Part shown: positions 1-13,052 of the stretch, piece by piece
Layout: every line of letters starts with the position of its first letter
Numbering within the stretch: position 1 is the stretch's first letter
Assembly (NCBI GenBank): GCA_951406725.2
Contig: OX597824.1
Coordinates: forward strand, 12,524,001-12,588,000
Source of the DNA: Octopus vulgaris
Taxonomy: Eukaryota
Direction of reading: 5' to 3'
Length of the DNA: 64,000 nt
Made by a program: the position numbers and the translations under genes
The notes under the pieces: model-generated
Seen by the model: only the letters and a program-made list of their open reading frames with translations
What the model was told of the DNA's origin: nothing
The model's database searches: none

Positions 1-3000
1 TTTTCCACTATTACCTACATAGAAATATATATCTACTCTAGCTAACTCTACGTAATCTTCTACTGATATTAGTCCTCTTCTACCTTCCTTTCTACGTAGG
101 TGTAATCTTGCTACTCCTATCTCTGGGTGGAGTCCACCATTCATATTGAATTTCTATCCTAGTTCTTCTGTCTAACTTTGCTTATTCAGTTTTTGTCCAA
201 TTTACAAAGGCTGCTGAGTATCCAAGTAATGATACTGCCCAAGTATTTCCAGCCTTCACTAGATTCAGACCATTTAGCTTTGACTTCTTTAGCTTCCTCA
301 CCCTTCTAATGTCCTCCTTCTCAATTTTCGTTTTCATTTCTAAAGTTAGTACTCTGTCAGATTCTAATACTTCTAGATGCTTAGAACTCTCTCCTCCTTT
401 CAATGATTTTAATATCTGGCCATCCTGTAATTGGATGCCTTCGCCGTTGACTACCTGTCCCCTTCTCATTTATCTATGCCAAATTCCATGCCTATATCAT
501 TGCTGAAGAATCTTACAGTAAGTATTAAGGAATGTATCTCTTTTTCATTCTAACTAAAATGCTTCAGATCCTCCATGTAGAGCAAATGGTTAATTTTTCC
601 ACTACTATTTCTGAACTGATACCCTGCTTTTGTCATCCTTAATACAAAACTGAGGGGTGGGGATCAAACGTAAGACAAATATTATAGAGGAACACATAAT
701 AGATCATGTGTTCCTCTAGGCTTCTTCCTGCAACATTTCTGTTCTTCTGGCAGTAAATTCTGGTTGTCAATGCTTTCTATAAGTATTCCTGTTAACTGTT
801 TTCGCACTAATGCTAAGCAAGTGAGTGGGCAATAGTTGCTAACTGCATTGCCCTTGCTCTTATCTTTCATGATAAGTATTTTCGTCCTTTTAGTCATCCA
901 ATCTGATATTATTTCTCCATTAAGGTAATCCTGAAATTATTCCCTCAGCCGCCCATAAAAACTATTGAATTTCTTCAGTCAGTACCAAATCATTCTTTGA
1001 CTAAGTATCTTTTCTCGAGGGAAGATTTGCATCTTGTGTTTCGTAACTTGTTTAGTTTTCAGGCTCCTCTTCTACCCAGATCTTGTTTTAAAGTCTTCAC
1101 TTTATTTTGTAGTCTCCTTTTCCACATTTGCACTTTTTAAATTTTTCTCCGTGAGATCACTGATCTTCTGTGGACTACTACCCCTCCTACATAAACCAGT
1201 AAATTAATGTACTTCTCAAGATTTTTACTCAATGTCCCCAGGGCTCAGACAACTATTGGTACTATTACGACTTTTTTCAGTGACCACAACTGCTTAGCCT
1301 CCCAAGCTAACCAGTCATATCTGTCGACTTTTCTTTCTTCCTGACCGCATACCTGGTTGTCAGCTTTATCTTCAACAGTCCTATGAAATTGTCCTTGCAT
1401 TATTGTCTTTATCAATCTATTTTCAGTGTCATTCGTTTCCAATTTCTTGTATAGTGCTTTAGCTTTGCAAACTTTCATCCTACACAAGACTGACCTCCTT
1501 ACTTCTAATAAATAATAACAGTTCTGTGACATTTTTTACATCCCATGCTATGTTATTTTTTTCTGCTCTAATGCTGTATTCGCATCAAATAAGTCCTCTT
1601 CCCCCTCTTTTTCTTTGTACATACAGTCTGTCTGTGTTACTTTTTGGGTGGAGTGACCCATATCTAGTTAACATCTTCCTTGTCTTTCTGTCTAGGATGT
1701 TTAGTTCGTCTACTGTCCATACTATTACCCCTGCTCCATATCTAAGGAGTGAAGCCGCCCAGGTGTTGATAGCCTCAATCTTATTCCGTCCGTTTAATTT
1801 CGACTTAAGGATCAGTCTCAGTCTGCGCAAGTATTCCACCTTAAATTTTTCTGCCATTTCTTTCTCCATCAATTTAGCCATTTCCAATATCCCAAAGAAC
1901 TTATAGCCCGTCTCTTCTATTTGCTTCATAACCTCCCCTGATGGTATCGCTAGCCCGTCCATACATTTAATTTTACCTCTCTTCAAGACTAGCACACCAC
2001 AATTTTCTTCTTCTTCTTCTTGTTCCTCCTCAACACAGCGTAGTTAAAAATGCACCACAACGGAATCAGACAGGTAATACTTTCCTTAAGATGTGCGCTG
2101 AGCCCAATAAGGCTGCTTTTTGCAAGACATCAATCTTGCATGTGATTTCCAGTTGCCTTCAGAAGACTTGAAGTTTCAATAGGATTGAGCCCAATGCTCC
2201 AATCATCACTGCTGGTATCATTTTACATTATCCTCTCGCATTCCATACAGTTTGCCATTTCCACTTCAATTCGGAGTATTTGATGATTTTTTTTCAACCT
2301 TTTTATTCACATCATTCATGTAATTTGGCATGGCTGCATCAATGATCTGACAGTATTTGTCTCTCTTATTCAATATGACAATATCCAGCTGACGGTGTTC
2401 GATTACACGATCCGTCTGAAAACCATAGTCCCAGAATATCATTAATATTCCAGAGGACGAATTAGTATAGACCACTGTATAAGGAGTGGAAGGAGAACGC
2501 TTGCCAAGTATTTGATAAATAGTGACGAAGACCAGCTGCAATATGCCGCGAAAGATATAGGTGTCTTTGCAAATGAAGTGATGGGCAAGGAAGAGTATAA
2601 CCAAAGAGATGAGGAGAAGAGAAATGAAGACCTTCTTGAAATGAGAATGTGCGGACAGTTTGAAAGGAATACACAGGGCGTTAAGGATAATACTGCATCG
2701 TGGACATGGCTTGAGCGAGGTGGTTTGAAGCGTACCACCGGAAGCTGGATCATTCCTGCCCAAGACCAGGCTCTCGCTACCAATTCAGTGAAGTATAATA
2801 TCTATAAAATTTTTGAGTAAGTGGATGAGAAAGCCTTACACAAAAAGAATGCAAGCGCCGCCACGACATTTATTATCCTTAACGTCCTGTGTATTCCGTT
2901 CAAACTGTCCATGCATTTTCATTTCAAGGTTTTTTATTTTCTCGTCTTTGAATTTCAAGCAATTCATTATCTAGTTCGTTAATTTTCCCTGCATGTGCAC

Positions 3001-3300
3001 CCACCACAGTATCAGGGTTCACTCTATAACGTTCCTGTTCCTCATCTTTAACCGCCCCATCACCATTTCCCTGTTCCTCCTGTCTACTCTTTTCTCCGCT
3101 TTCAACTCCTACCTCTCTGTTTTCAACTCCGACCATCCTTAGTAACCCATCCTCAGAGTCTCTCAGACTCTCACTAATCCGAGATATTCCAACTCCAGTT
3201 AAGTAACCCATCCTCCTAATCTGTCTCACTTGGTTCATTAGTTTATTTGCTACTCCTATAAGGGTGGAAGCTATGCAGAAGCGATTGAGAGTGGGCACTG
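1..3300 (-). mobile_element. Cluster of decayed RLE-LINE fragments (several subfamilies, one internally inverted) in copy A intron 1
   Basis: Fragments such as YCPLTCL, LKSKLNGRNKIEAINTWA, HPKSNTDRLY, AQDQALATN (+ strand) and WDYGFQTDRVIEHRQLDIVI. Confidence 0.8.
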
Positions 3301-3602
3301 CTCCGGCCCATTACGTTCTGAATTCAAATTTTGATTTAAAATCGCGAAAGGAGTAAGTCGATTAAATTGACACCGGTGTTCAACTGGTAGTTATTTTATG
3401 GAACCCGAAAGAATGAAAGGAAAATCGGCCCCAGCGGCTTTTGAAATCAAAGTTCAAATATTGGCGTGTCAATTGGTGCCGCAGAATGGTTGCAATCCAA
3501 GACATATGTATATCTATTTGTCTGTTTGTCTGTCTATCTGTCTGTCTGTCTACATACATATGAGCACATGAATACATTAATTAATGTAAATTAATGACTT
3601 AC

Positions 3603-3969
3603 CTTTGTTTCGGAATACTTTATCTAAAGCATAGAGTGAACTCCTTCCATTCAGATGTTGTCCTTTTTTTACTAGTCCTTCCAAAATCGTTTCAGTTTTA
3701 CATACAAACACGTAGTTATATGGACCAATTTTGAGTTTAAAAATATCGCCATATTGTTTTTTGAGCTCTTTCAACATTGAATAAAAATCGGTAATGGAAA
3801 GAACCTGAAGTAGATTTCCAATTATTGGAAGAGCTCTAGGACCCGGTGGTAAATTGTAGTTAGATTTTGGTGGTGTCATAAACCATCGTATAATCAGTAA
3901 AATGACTAATCCAAATAACAAACTTTGGACACTAACATTCTCTGTAAAAAGTAATGCTGAAAAATCCAT
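3603..3969 (-). CDS. CYP2-like P450 copy A, exon 1 (remaining exons lie left of the window)
   Basis: MDFSALLF...LPPGPRALPIIGNL...FRNK(G); donor G|GTAAGT at 3603/3602; 367 nt like B and C. Confidence 0.92.
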
Positions 3970-4199
3970 AGTAGCGGTTATTGTTGCAATAATGTTGTCT
4001 TAAGTACAACTGATTATGTTTTTCTCAACCAAGTTTTTTTAAACAAATGCCGTTAAACTCCAGTATGTAATTATACACGTCTATTAAAAAGGTTATCTTT
4101 AGTTACGCATATATTATGTAATAGCTTTAAACAACCCGATAATAACCTTGAGTTAACTAACGCTTGTGTTTGCATTACTGATAACAGCACATTATATGT

Positions 4200-5330
4200 A
4201 TTTAATTAGATCGCTATAAAAATATTGTATTGAATCCCAAACAATATTTTGTAACTTATTTGTTTTATTCGTCGATTTACAACAAAAGCTGCCTAATTTT
4301 CGAAGTAGAATCCATTGTGTTGCAGCGTCTGATGCCACTTTTCTGTCAGTTCTTCGATCGAACGCTGATACCAGTTCTTGTCCTTCGAGGTAAAGAACTT
4401 CACTGGGGCTTCCACCTCCTCTCTGTTGATGAAGCATCGCAAGCCACAGGAAGTAGGACCATGTATCAGACCGATAATAATCCGAGGGAGCTGAGTCCAG
4501 ACTATATACTGGGCGTGGCACCAGTTCGATTCCCTCAAATTCCTGGAGTTTACTTTCGGTCGTTCGAGCGGTATGAGCTTTTGCTGGCAGAAACGTTAGC
4601 ACGCCGGGCGAAATGCGTAGCCGTATTTCGTCTGCCGTTACGTTCTGAGTTCAAATTCCGCCGAGGTCGACTTTGCCTTTCATCCTTTCGAGGTCGATAA
4701 ATTAAGTACCAGTTATGCACTGGGGTCGATGTAATCGATTTAATTCGTTTGTCTGTCCTTGTTTGTCCCCTCTGTGTTTAGCCCCTTGTGGGTAGTAAAG
4801 AAATAGGTATGAACTCTTGCGTTGTTTTACTGCAGATAAAATCGCTTTCTGTTAACCAATGCCAGGTATTTTTGCCGTACAATGGCATACACCTGTTCAA
4901 ATTGTTCCGAGTACAGGTTGGCATCGATGGTTCGATCGTGTGGAACGAACACGCAGTGAATTATTCCCTCATAATTACACAAAACACTTGGCGACAGTTT
5001 CCAGAAACTAGCCCTTGCTTTACTACTGCCTGTGCACGTTAGGATGGTGGAAAAATATCTCCCTTGGATTATTACTTGTTCCGATCTATGGATCACTTCC
5101 TGCGCTCGCGATGGAAATTTCTGTGAAGGAGTTCTTTGCTTGGCGGACAAGAACTACTATCAACCTGGGATCAAAGAAATGGCAGAAAGGTGACTCCAGA
5201 CGGTGCAACACGATGGCAAAATATTGCAAAACTTTTGACTCAACACAATATTATCTCCATATTTCTCGTCTTGGAACTACACAAAAATAAAACAAGATTA
5301 TTATTGCCGGAGCTATACAACAACACTCTC
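4200..5330 (-). mobile_element. Mariner/Tc1 transposase relics interrupted by a SINE (paralogs at 35020-36145 and 62840-63960)
   Basis: PVYSLDSAPSDYY (YSPDLAPSD-like), EGIIH..TIDANLYSEQ, WYQRSIEELTEKW. Confidence 0.78.
4585..4812 (+). mobile_element. tRNA-derived SINE (copies or fragments also at 3305-3490, 5705-5793, 28850-28972, 35410-35635, 54495-54620, 54685-54862, 63222-63450)
   Basis: TGGCAGAAACGTTAG A-box-like and GAGTTCAAATTCC B-box-like motifs; repeated core cctttcatcctttcggggtcgat; flanked by ggtatga(g/a)c(t)cttgc, a likely TSD. Confidence 0.8.
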
Positions 5331-5794
5331 ACTAACTTACCGGTTATTAGTAGATTTGGTAGATCTAGTATCTAACCACGTATCGTGATAGAATATACTT
5401 TGATCCTCGTATTTTCAATGCGTCCGTATTAACCGCTTTGAATGAATCACTTCTTATTTGGTAACTGTGTACATGTTCTATTGGAACAGTATTATACAAT
5501 GGTCAACTTTTGTGGACGTCTATGTGATTAAAGTCGCTCGAATGTTTAAAATTCTTTACAGGTTCGACATGTTAAATTAGAAAAATGAGAGCGAATGGCA
5601 GTAAATATAGTTACATATCATTTACAAGGTTTGAGCCAAAAGTTTTTTCGTATTTTCATTATGATTTTTGGTTATTTGTACATAATTTGTACAAATAGCC
5701 AACAATCTATTTCTTTATTACCCACAAGGGGCTAAACACAGCGGGGACAAACAAGGACAGACAAACGGATTAAGTAGATTATATCGACACCAGG

Positions 5795-6790
5795 TTGAGT
5801 CAAAAGCTCTTTTTCCGCATTTTCCCTGAATATTTTTGGTTATTTGTACATTATTTGTACAAATAGCCAAATTTAGTGTCAAAAGAACTCAATGATGTGG
5901 AAATCCCAGGAAATGGCACAAAAGTGGTTCAGATGTGTCAAGGTAACTGTCATCAGCCTCGAAGACAAACCAAGGTCAGGGAGACATTCTGTTGCGAAAG
6001 ATGAGGCCTTGCTTGAAAAGTTTGAACAATGGCCTAGCACAAGTATTCGTACATTGTCGGCAGAACTTGGTCCTTCAAAACATAATCAATCGTTGTTTCC
6101 GTAAGCTCGGCTTTGGGAACAAACACTGTCAACAAAATACTCATAAACTAGCCAACGACCAGGGCTCAGCGGCCGGAAAATCCTCGTGATGTCCGTTTTT
6201 GTTTCCGAATTGTAACTGGGGAAGAAAATGGATGTTTCCATAATACCAATAAGAAAAATAAGTGACTTGGTTCTGTCCAGACTTCAAAACCTCTTGTCAA
6301 ACAAGGGTCGTTTGAACAAAAGGTCATGTTGTGTGTCTGTGGGAAGTTGGAGGTGTTGTTGCACTTCGAGCGTGTCTCAGATGGTCATACTGTAAACATT
6401 AACCTTTATGCATAACAACTTCAGCGAGTATATAATACTTTGAGAGCCTGCAATTCGATATTGGTCAATCGAAGACGTGCATTCCTGCAGTATGACAATG
6501 CCCCTGCATACACTACCAATAGGACAAGCGCAAACTTGAGAAAGTTGAGGGGTTGGAAATGCTGCATCACCCTATCTACAGTCCAGACCTTGCACCTTCA
6601 GATTACCCCTTTTCCGAGTCATGACTCATTTCTTGCATAGATGGTAGTTCAACAATGTGGATGAGGTTGGAAATTGGGTGTAGGGAGTTTTTAGCCTCTA
6701 AACTAGTCAAATGGTATAAGCCTCATTCTCGGGTAATGACGGATAGTTCGTCCCATATTAAGTTCAACATCACTGACGACTATCAGCTGT
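5795..6790 (+). mobile_element. Mariner transposase relic (paralog 36145-36790 partly deleted)
   Basis: LEDKPRSGR, LQYDNAPAY, STVQTLHL/PDLAPSDY-like segments. Confidence 0.75.
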
Positions 6791-9228
6791 CGGTTTATTA
6801 TCTTACTTTCTTAATATCACATGCAACGTAGGAACGAGCTAAATTTGACCTGATAGTACGACCTGTCTGAAGGTAACACTGACTAATCACTATGATTATT
6901 AGATAGAACGTTATCTATATCTGTAAAACTGTCCTTGGACGAAAATTGTATGCACGTTATCTATATCTGTAAAACTGTCCTTTGACGAAAATTGTACGCA
7001 CATTTTGCTTTGACGGTTTTTGGCGGCCAAACCGAGGCAAGGATCGAGCTGAAAATTGGCAGGGATACTAAATGAGGATGAGACCTGGGATGGTTAAAAT
7101 TCGCAAGCTATAAAGATGTGGTTACTATGGCAAAAAGATTGATTTTTTTTATCGATTCAAGGGGACCCAGAGCCCCTCTAGGTTTGTGCGATTGGCTTTT
7201 AATACCCAGCGGCATGCACTGCAGGCTGTTGTCCTCAATAAACATACATCTTGTCGCGAAATTCCGGCAACTAGGAAACGATTTTTCATTGTGAAAAAAC
7301 GAGTGCTTTTTACCCTCATTTTCTTTTTAATCTTTTTATAAAAGTGAAAGGATTTCGTCTAATTATTTCTGCAGTCCACTTACGATGGTGATTCAGTTGA
7401 CTAGGAAAACTATAAGTGAAGAATATCCAATACCAAACTATCTTAATCTACATATTGAAAACTGCATTAAACTTTAGCAAGCTTACCTTTACCTATTCTG
7501 AGTTACTTGAACGGCGATGTTCCCTTCCCTCTCTTCTGATTATGGATACCTTTTTTTTTTTACCTTTGATACCGTTGTTTCACTTTAAGGATACTTCTTT
7601 ACCCAGCCATTATGATATTTCGACTGCTGTCCACTGTTTCAAATAGGCTTTAGCATTGTCATTATAGCCTTTTTTAAACACTCACATATGATTCGTCCCA
7701 AAGAATCAACCTTTAAATAAGAGTTTTGCTTCCACTAGCGAACGCTATACATGTCTTTCAGGAAGCCCCGTACCAATTTAACTTTATGCAGCATTCGCTG
7801 TTAGTTTATGTGCACGATATATGGGAAGATAGAATAAAGGGGTTTTTTATTAGCTTATCTCTCCGAAAAAATAGCTCCCTTTGCTGTTGAAAAAAATAAA
7901 CTCGCAGAGGGAAAGTTTCAACATCTTCAATTTCCTTGCATCATTTATGTGGCTGTTTCTGACAAGAAATTTCGCTTTCATGTAAAATATTTTGTAGTCA
8001 TTATCCGTAATCTACTCCCAAAACACTTCACTAGCTCTACTTTACATCGCTTGCAAACTTATATGTTCTAGGATAATCGAAGTGCAACGACCTCCACAAT
8101 AACCAGCCTTCAATTTGATTTTCCATTCCTAGGTTAATCGGAAGCAATTTGCCATGCTACACATAAACCTTCCCGGTAGTTCAATTATTTGGTGAAAAAA
8201 TACCACGAAAGCATCTTAAACCGTTTAAAGGACAGGTGCGTTTGCTAGTTTACTATAAATTATAAATGTTTTATTGGGAATTACGAGACGGATGTTCCAT
8301 TATGGTATTATGGTGTTGTAAATAAATGTGGTTGGTGTATTTGGAAAATCAATAGACTAGGGCATAGCTAGTCAACAAAGGAACTTCTGTGTGGTTGGTC
8401 GACCTTCAAGAAATGACAGCTACAACTTCTGCAAGTCACTCAGATACTTCTTTTTCAGAAGAGGAAAGGCACTTTGGATAATGTCCTCCGAATCACTCTG
8501 TCCAAAAAGCAAAGCAAAAGAAAACAATATCCAAAGCAGATGGGATAATTAAGACTTAAAAAGCTTTTAACCATAGGTCTGCTCGAACAGGCACAACCTT
8601 GAAGCAAACCAGAAACAAATCATATACTACCAGTTTAATGTAAGAAAGACGCGGGGGGAATGTAACCCCTGTGGCTTCCTGCTTCTTCGATTAAATTGAA
8701 AGAAAAGGAGACAAACAATGGGCGCAGTGGGAAGAACTTGTATGATATGTTTGTTGTATCACAACTGATCTAAACATTGAATATTATCATCGTAATAATT
8801 TCATAATAGTTATTCATAGCTTTATTTTCGTTGAATTGTACAAAGGAGTATACCGCAATTAGCAAAATAGAGAAAGCTCTACATCGAGGAAATTACAATA
8901 TCAAAGTTTTAAAGGAAAAGGTAAACATGACCACCACCATATTGCTCGAAGTTTTGTCTATTTCTAATCTCTATATATCACGATGCATACCTACAGATAG
9001 TGCTCATGATATATCAGTCTAGGTATATAACCATGTGTGTCAATTTAATAAACTCTATGGAGGAATACTAAAGAAAGGAAACATAGACAAATACAATAAT
9101 TCACGATCGTTGAACTGTCAGTATTCTGCGAAGAAATAGGACCTCTGCTTTCAAAGAGATGCATTTTCAGTTATATCTAGTATACCTTAAATAGGTACGC
9201 TAAAACACATATATATGACTGATGTATA

Positions 9229-9406
9229 TCACAATCCTGTTACACGGATATTATCATTCACTGGAACATAATGATGCCTGGTTGCTTGCCTTCTAATGTC
9301 ATTGGTGCTTTTATAGGTTTTTCCAACTGAAATATCTGTAAGATTTTTGTAAAAGTGATGAAAGCTTCCGTATTAACCAGTGTCACTCCTGCACACATTC
9401 TTGGAC
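9229..9406 (-). pseudogene. Duplicated terminal exon 8b of copy B (acceptor intact, 1-nt deletion near C-terminus)
   Basis: ttgtag|GPRMCAGVTLVNTEAFITFTKILQIFQLEKP...GKQPGI, then frameshift to IMFQ* (stop at 9258); 178 nt versus 179 nt; AATAAA retained at 8821-8826. Confidence 0.85.
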
Positions 9407-9867
9407 CTACAAATAAAGCAGATGTTACAAATAAAACGATATACATACACATGTGCTAACATGTGATAAAATTTGAATATATTTACCCGCACACACAAAC
9501 ACACAAACACACACACACACATACATTCAGACACATACGTACGCACACACTCACACAATACATTTATAATTAAAATGTAAACATAGGTTCATTGAACAAA
9601 TTTAAATATCACAGCTTTTACATTTCACTATTAATATTTATTCATCGTACATAAGGACTATGAGCCTGAAAATGTTTTAGAGCAGTAGTCAATGCTGTAT
9701 CAAAGCTGATAAGCCGTCATTGACTTTAGTTTAGGTGTAAATATCTTTCCTTTGTGAAGTCGAACAAACTTCTCTTCATAGACACACACGTCCTGATCAA
9801 CGTCAGACGTCAGAAATCGATTTTCATGAAACAACAACCAAGGTTATTGAAATACGCGTGGCGCCAT

Positions 9868-10965
9868 CTGAAAAAATTTTGACCATAAATTTAAAAAAAA
9901 TTTTTGAAAAAATTTTAACGAAAATTTTCAAAAAAATTTTCAAGAATTTTTGACGAAAATTTTCAAAAAAATTTTGGAAAAATTTAAACCCAAATTCAGA
10001 AATATTCTTGAAAAAACTTTGACCAAAACTTTCAAAAAAAATTTTCAAAAAATAAAAAAAAAATTTTGACCAAAACTTTCGAAAAAATTTTTACCAAAGA
10101 TTTGAAAGGATTTTGACGAAAGATTTCAAAAAACTTTTGAAAAAATTTTCACGAGAATTTTCAAAATCATTTTTGAAAAAATTTGACAAATTTTTGCAAA
10201 AAATTTTTCATAAAATTTTTGAAAAAATTCGAATGTTTTCGTCAAAATTTTTTCATAAATATTTTGAAAATTTCTGGTCAAAATTTTGACGAAAATTATT
10301 CAAAAAATTATTGTAAAAATTTTGACGAAAATTTTCGAAAACTTTTTGAAAAAATTTTGACGAAAATTAAAAAAAAATTCTTTTTAAATTTTAACGAAGA
10401 TTTTTGAAATATTCTTGTAAAAAGTTTTCAAAATTTTTCAAAAATTCTTTGAAAATTTCTAGTCAAAATTTTGACGAATTTTCGAGAAATTTAAGAAATG
10501 TGTTTGAAAATTTTAAAGAAAATTTTTTTTGCAAATTTTCAAAATTTTTGCAAAAATTATTTGAAAATTTCTAGTCAAAATTTTGACCAAAATTTTCAAA
10601 AAAATTTTTGAAAAAATTCTGATCAGTATTTTACATAATATTTGAGAAAAAATGTTGACCAAAATTTTCAAAAAATTTTTCAAAAATTAAAAACAAATTT
10701 TCGACATAATTTTTGCAAAAAAGCTTTCGAAAATTTTCATCAAATTTTTTGAAAATTTTCGTTAAAATTCTTTCATAAAGTTTTGTAATATTTTCAAAAA
10801 CTTTTTGAAAACTTTTTGAAAAATTTTGTAAAAATTTTTTCAAAATTTTTTGAGAACTTTACCATTATGTTTGTAGTCTTTCGAAAATTTTCGTCAAATT
10901 TTTTCAAAAGTTTTATGGAAAATTTTGAAATATTTTTTTAGAACTTTCGTGAAAATGTTTTCAAC
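9868..10965. repeat. A-tract/T-tract degenerate minisatellite (units like ttttgacgaaaattttcaaaaa); paralog 39790-40820
   Basis: ~1.1 kb of alternating A4-8/T4-8 runs, with motif orientation mixed or inverted between halves. Confidence 0.85.
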
Positions 10966-11371
10966 ACACGAATTCACACAAAGAATCTTGCAAAGCCAAT
11001 ACAAAAACGAAATGATAATATAGTTTTATTTGCGTAAATTATATGAAGGAGTGTACAGTAATTAGCAACATAAAGAAAACTGTAACTCAAGGAAACTACG
11101 AAGGGAAAGGAAATCATTATGACCACCATATTTCTCGAAATTTTGTCTATTTCTATTCTCTATATGTCACGGTGCATATCCGCAGATATTCCTATTGATA
11201 TACCAGCATACATGTATTACCATGTGTGTCTATCTAATAATATTGTTGGAGAACTACCAAGAGTGAAAGCATAGAGAAATACTATAATTTACTATCGCGG
11301 ATCTGCCAGTATTCTGCGAAGAAAATTTTTCTCTACTTTCCAAAAGATATCTCCGCGCTGTCCAAAGTATA

Positions 11372-11550
11372 TCACAATGGTATTGCACGGATATCATCAT
11401 TCGTTGGGGCATAAGCGAGGCCAGACAGGTTGCCCTCTAGCGTCATTGGTGTTTCGTCAGGTCTTTCCAACTGAAATTTCTGTAAGATGTTTGTAAAAGC
11501 CAGGAAAGCTTCCATATTGGCTAATGACATTCCTGGACACATTCTTGGAC
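11372..11550 (-). CDS. CYP copy B terminal exon 8a (heme Cys)
   Basis: ttgtag|GPRMCPGMSLANMEAFLAFTNILQKF...IRAIPL*; AATAAA (minus strand) at 11025-11030. Confidence 0.92.
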
Positions 11551-12322
11551 CTACAAATAAAGCAGTAGTTATAAATTAAACAACACACACTATGTATGCT
11601 AAATATGTATCATATACAAGTGATAAAAATTAGACAAGTCGTCATTGATTTTAGTTAGGTGTGAATATGTTCTGGCTGTTATCTCCTACACCCTTTATAT
11701 AGTCGAACAGACTTCCAGTCATAGATACACACGCCCTGACCATAGTCAGATGTTAAAAATGGATTTCCAGAAACTACAACCATCTTGATGGTACCCCGTG
11801 TATTTAAGCACACGGGATTGCCTTCAAGATGACTGTTAATATAAAGGGAGGTAAATGATTCCCATAGCGCGAAGTTATAAATTTGAAATTGAAATCGAGG
11901 AATCAAGTAATTTTATTAAAAATATCTTATTAAATGAATAAGATAAACAAATCGAGGCATGATCACAGAAATAAGGATATATCTCGGGAGAAAAAATGAC
12001 CAAATATTTGTTTAGAGAATAAATATTCTATGTAGCGTATTTAGTGGACCATTGATGCTTATTTTGTTGAAATGATGAATATCAATACGCACTTAAATAA
12101 GATTTGAAGTAGATTGCTGTTTTATAGTGTCTCGTTTTTACTAATATCAAACCAACTCTGGTGATTCTACAATTCAATAATTAAATCTCCCCTTAACAAA
12201 CAGTTTTAAAACAATCATTAGATAGTCTAGCTCTAGATCAAGGCAAATGTTGTGTTGGTCACGTCTGGGAACCGTTTGATTATAGATATACTAAATCATT
12301 AAAATCTATTTACAATACTTAC

Positions 12323-12529
12323 CCGAACCGAAAGGTAAAAAAGCCTCATTTTTCTTTAACTCATTATTTTCATCAATCCATCTTTCAGGACGGAATTCCT
12401 CTGGTTTATCCCAATAATTCGGATCAGAATGAGCTTCCAATAATAAGAATGAAACGAGAGTACCTTTTGGAATATCATAACCATGAAGAGTTGTTTGAAC
12501 TTCAGCGGTGTGTGGAGCAGTGAAAGCAG
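12323..12529 (-). CDS. CYP copy B exon 7 (PERW, start of heme loop)
   Basis: ttgcag|AAFTAPH...GYDIPKGT...FRPERWID...FLPFGS|GTAAGT. Confidence 0.93.
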
Positions 12530-13052
12530 CTGCAAAAAAGAATCTTTGTAAATATTAACAGAGCCCAAATTAACGATAATCTAAATTAAATACGTTACTA
12601 TGGATATCATAATAACTTTGATGTAATTATTCTGTGACACCGTTATAGGCATTAATTAATGTGGAGTTGTATTGAAACAGAAATTTCGTTCCGTAACATT
12701 GTTGCTGTAAAATTGGGTATTAAATTAGTCTGTGTCGCAACGTTAGAGATCTGAGCTTATGTAACACTGGATTGACGAAATGTTGTAATGTAACAATACA
12801 GATTAGAACTGAAAGAGAATTGATCATGTCAGGAGGAGTTGACTTTCAGGGACGGTATAACCAACAAAGTTTGAGATTATATTACAAAAGTGCTTACTAA
12901 CAATAAAAACAATGTAATTCACAAGGAAATTTTGCCATTAACACAGGGATGTAAAAGTTTTGGCGCGAATATCATTGGCGTACTGATTCAAGATCGATAT
13001 GAATTACAAGAGATATCGTTGTATTATGAAAATTGCATGACGGCCTTCTTAC

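Noticed and set aside
3577-3602. ORF-track C-terminal extension GKSLIYIN suggesting a 130-aa stand-alone protein
   Set aside because: Read-through into intron 1 past a canonical GTAAGT donor; the real frame continues in exon 2.
3970-4190. Core promoter/TATA box for the CYP genes
   Set aside because: AT-rich with no unambiguous motif; the TSS or a non-coding first exon cannot be placed from sequence alone.
9824-10843. K/F/N-rich ORFs and a possible CRISPR-like repeat array
   Set aside because: Low-complexity A/T-tract satellite with no constant repeat and unique spacers, in a eukaryotic context with no cas genes.
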